Below are positions 62,479-64,000 of a DNA stretch of 64,000 nucleotides, in pieces. Where the stretch lies: assembly GCF_004010195.1 (NCBI RefSeq), contig NC_057757.1, positions 482,367-546,366 of the forward strand, given 5' to 3'. Made by a program: the position numbers and the translations under genes. The stretch's first letter is position 1; each line of letters starts with the position of its first letter. Under the pieces are notes generated by a model, which was not told the DNA's origin, did no database searches, and saw only the letters and a list, made by a program, of their open reading frames with translations. Origin of the DNA: Chiloscyllium plagiosum. Taxonomy: Eukaryota.

Positions 62479-64000
62479 TTTACCTGTTCCCTTTTATCTA
62501 TCCTGCTTGTCATTTCCTCAAAGAATTCCAATACATTTGTCAAACATGACTTTCATGAGCCCTTTATGAAGCCATGCTCACTCTGCTTATTCATATTATG
62601 TATTTCTGAATCTCTGCCATCACTTCCTTTATAATGGCCTCGAACATTAACCCAGTGATGTGTTAAGCTAATTAGTTACTCGGCCTATAGTTACCTGATA
62701 TCTCTCTCCCGCCCCTTTTGAATAAGCATGTTATATTGGCAAATTTCCAATTCTCTGGAATCTAAGGATTATTGAAAGATTTCTACCAGTTCGTTCAGTA
62801 CCTCATCTACTGTAGGATGGGGAGGGAATGGCCTACTGGTATTACTGCTAGATTATTAATCTGGAGACCCAGGTATTGCTCTGGGGACCCGAGTTTGAAT
62901 TGCGCCATAGCGAATGATGGAATCTGAGTTCAATAATAATAAGTATTGTCAACTGTTTGAAAAACCCATCTGGTTCACTGATGTCCTTCAGGGAAGGAAA
63001 CTGCCATCCTCACCTGGTCTGGCCTACATGTGACTCCAGACCCACAGCAGTTGACTCTCAACTGCCCTCTGAAGTGGCCTAGCAAGGCAGTCATTTCAAA
63101 GGTAGCTAGGGATAGACAGTAATGTTGGCCAATCGGTGTCGCCCATGTCTCACAGGTGAATAAATAAAAAGGATGCATGCAACCCATCTGGTCCATGGAA
63201 CATATTGGCTTGTGATTCCGTAGCACTTTTGTCTTAAGTGATAGTTTTTGCGTTTATTTCCTCTCCATGCCCTCCCCCTCTCATCCTTAGTTTCCTTGAT
63301 TATTTTTGTATTTTTAAAATGCTGTTAGTGTCCTGTGCAGTAAAGAGGGTTACTCTTCGGAGGGTCGGTGTGGACGGGTTGGGCCGAAGGGCCTGTTTCC
63401 ACACTGTAGGGAATCTAATCTAATCTAATCTAATCAATTCTTCTGCCATTTCCTGGCTCCCCATTATTATGTCCCCAGCCTCATTCTCTGTATTCTTTAG
63501 GCCTTTCTCTTCTTAGTTATATATTTAAAGAAGCTCTTACTGTCTGATATTATAATACTTGCTAGTTTGACTTCAAAGTTTATTTTCTCCCTCTTTTTTG
63601 TCCTTCATCATCTTTTAAAATTTTACCCATTGTCTGGTTGCCATTAACATTTGCCACATTGTTTGGCACATTTTTCTTTCAATGTAGTACGTTCTTTATT
63701 CCCCTGGTTGGTTTATCCCTTTCCTAAAGGCCTCCTTCCTCACTAGGATGTATCTTTGCTGTGAATCATAAAGTTGTGAGCTTTGTTTTCAAGGCATTGC
63801 TGCAGCTGCCTAATTACAAATGGCTGAAACTGGAGCCTCATTAACTTTTAAATGAAAACTAATTCCATTTTAGGGATTGAAGATGAGTGAATCAGAGGTT
63901 TTGAGAAGGCAGGGAGCTATGAGGATATTGATTCACAGAGGGTGGGGGTATACGGACTAGTTGAAGACAGGAGACTCGATGATGTAACATATTACCATTC

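Larger units (their letters stand above)
58990..63770 (-). mobile_element. Old minus-strand CR1 LINE broken by later insertions
   Basis: Colinear RT pieces at 59190-59550, 61395-61535 (DSQKVFSKVPH), 62480-62810 (TNVLEFFEEMTSRIDK) and 63440-63770. Confidence 0.65.

Overview
Eukaryotic, repeat-rich vertebrate DNA, very probably a shark. This is inferred from HE1-type V-SINEs, HER1/CR1 LINEs and DeuSINE/SacSINE1-like elements. There are three N gaps (3090-3580, 25834-26162, 44581-45080). Two spliced protein-coding genes lie on the minus strand. (1) A complete AUNIP orthologue with three coding exons (24515-24426, 21341-21197, 19210-18042; 467 aa) and a CpG-rich promoter carrying E2F and NRF1-like motifs at about 25.4-25.7 kb. 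(2) Exons 2-7 of a Na+/K+-ATPase beta-2-like subunit (58285-49646), whose exon 1 lies beyond the window. Nearly all other ORFs in the track are LINE fragments or minisatellite artefacts. The most interesting observations: fold-back Penelope-derived repeats carrying hammerhead-ribozyme core motifs with covarying palindromic loops; a 33-bp minisatellite that grows from one unit inside DeuSINE copies; a beta-2-like gene linked to AUNIP that may be a paralogue lost in mammals; three FTQDS motifs in AUNIP; and several nested insertions. All family names are from recognition, not database searches.
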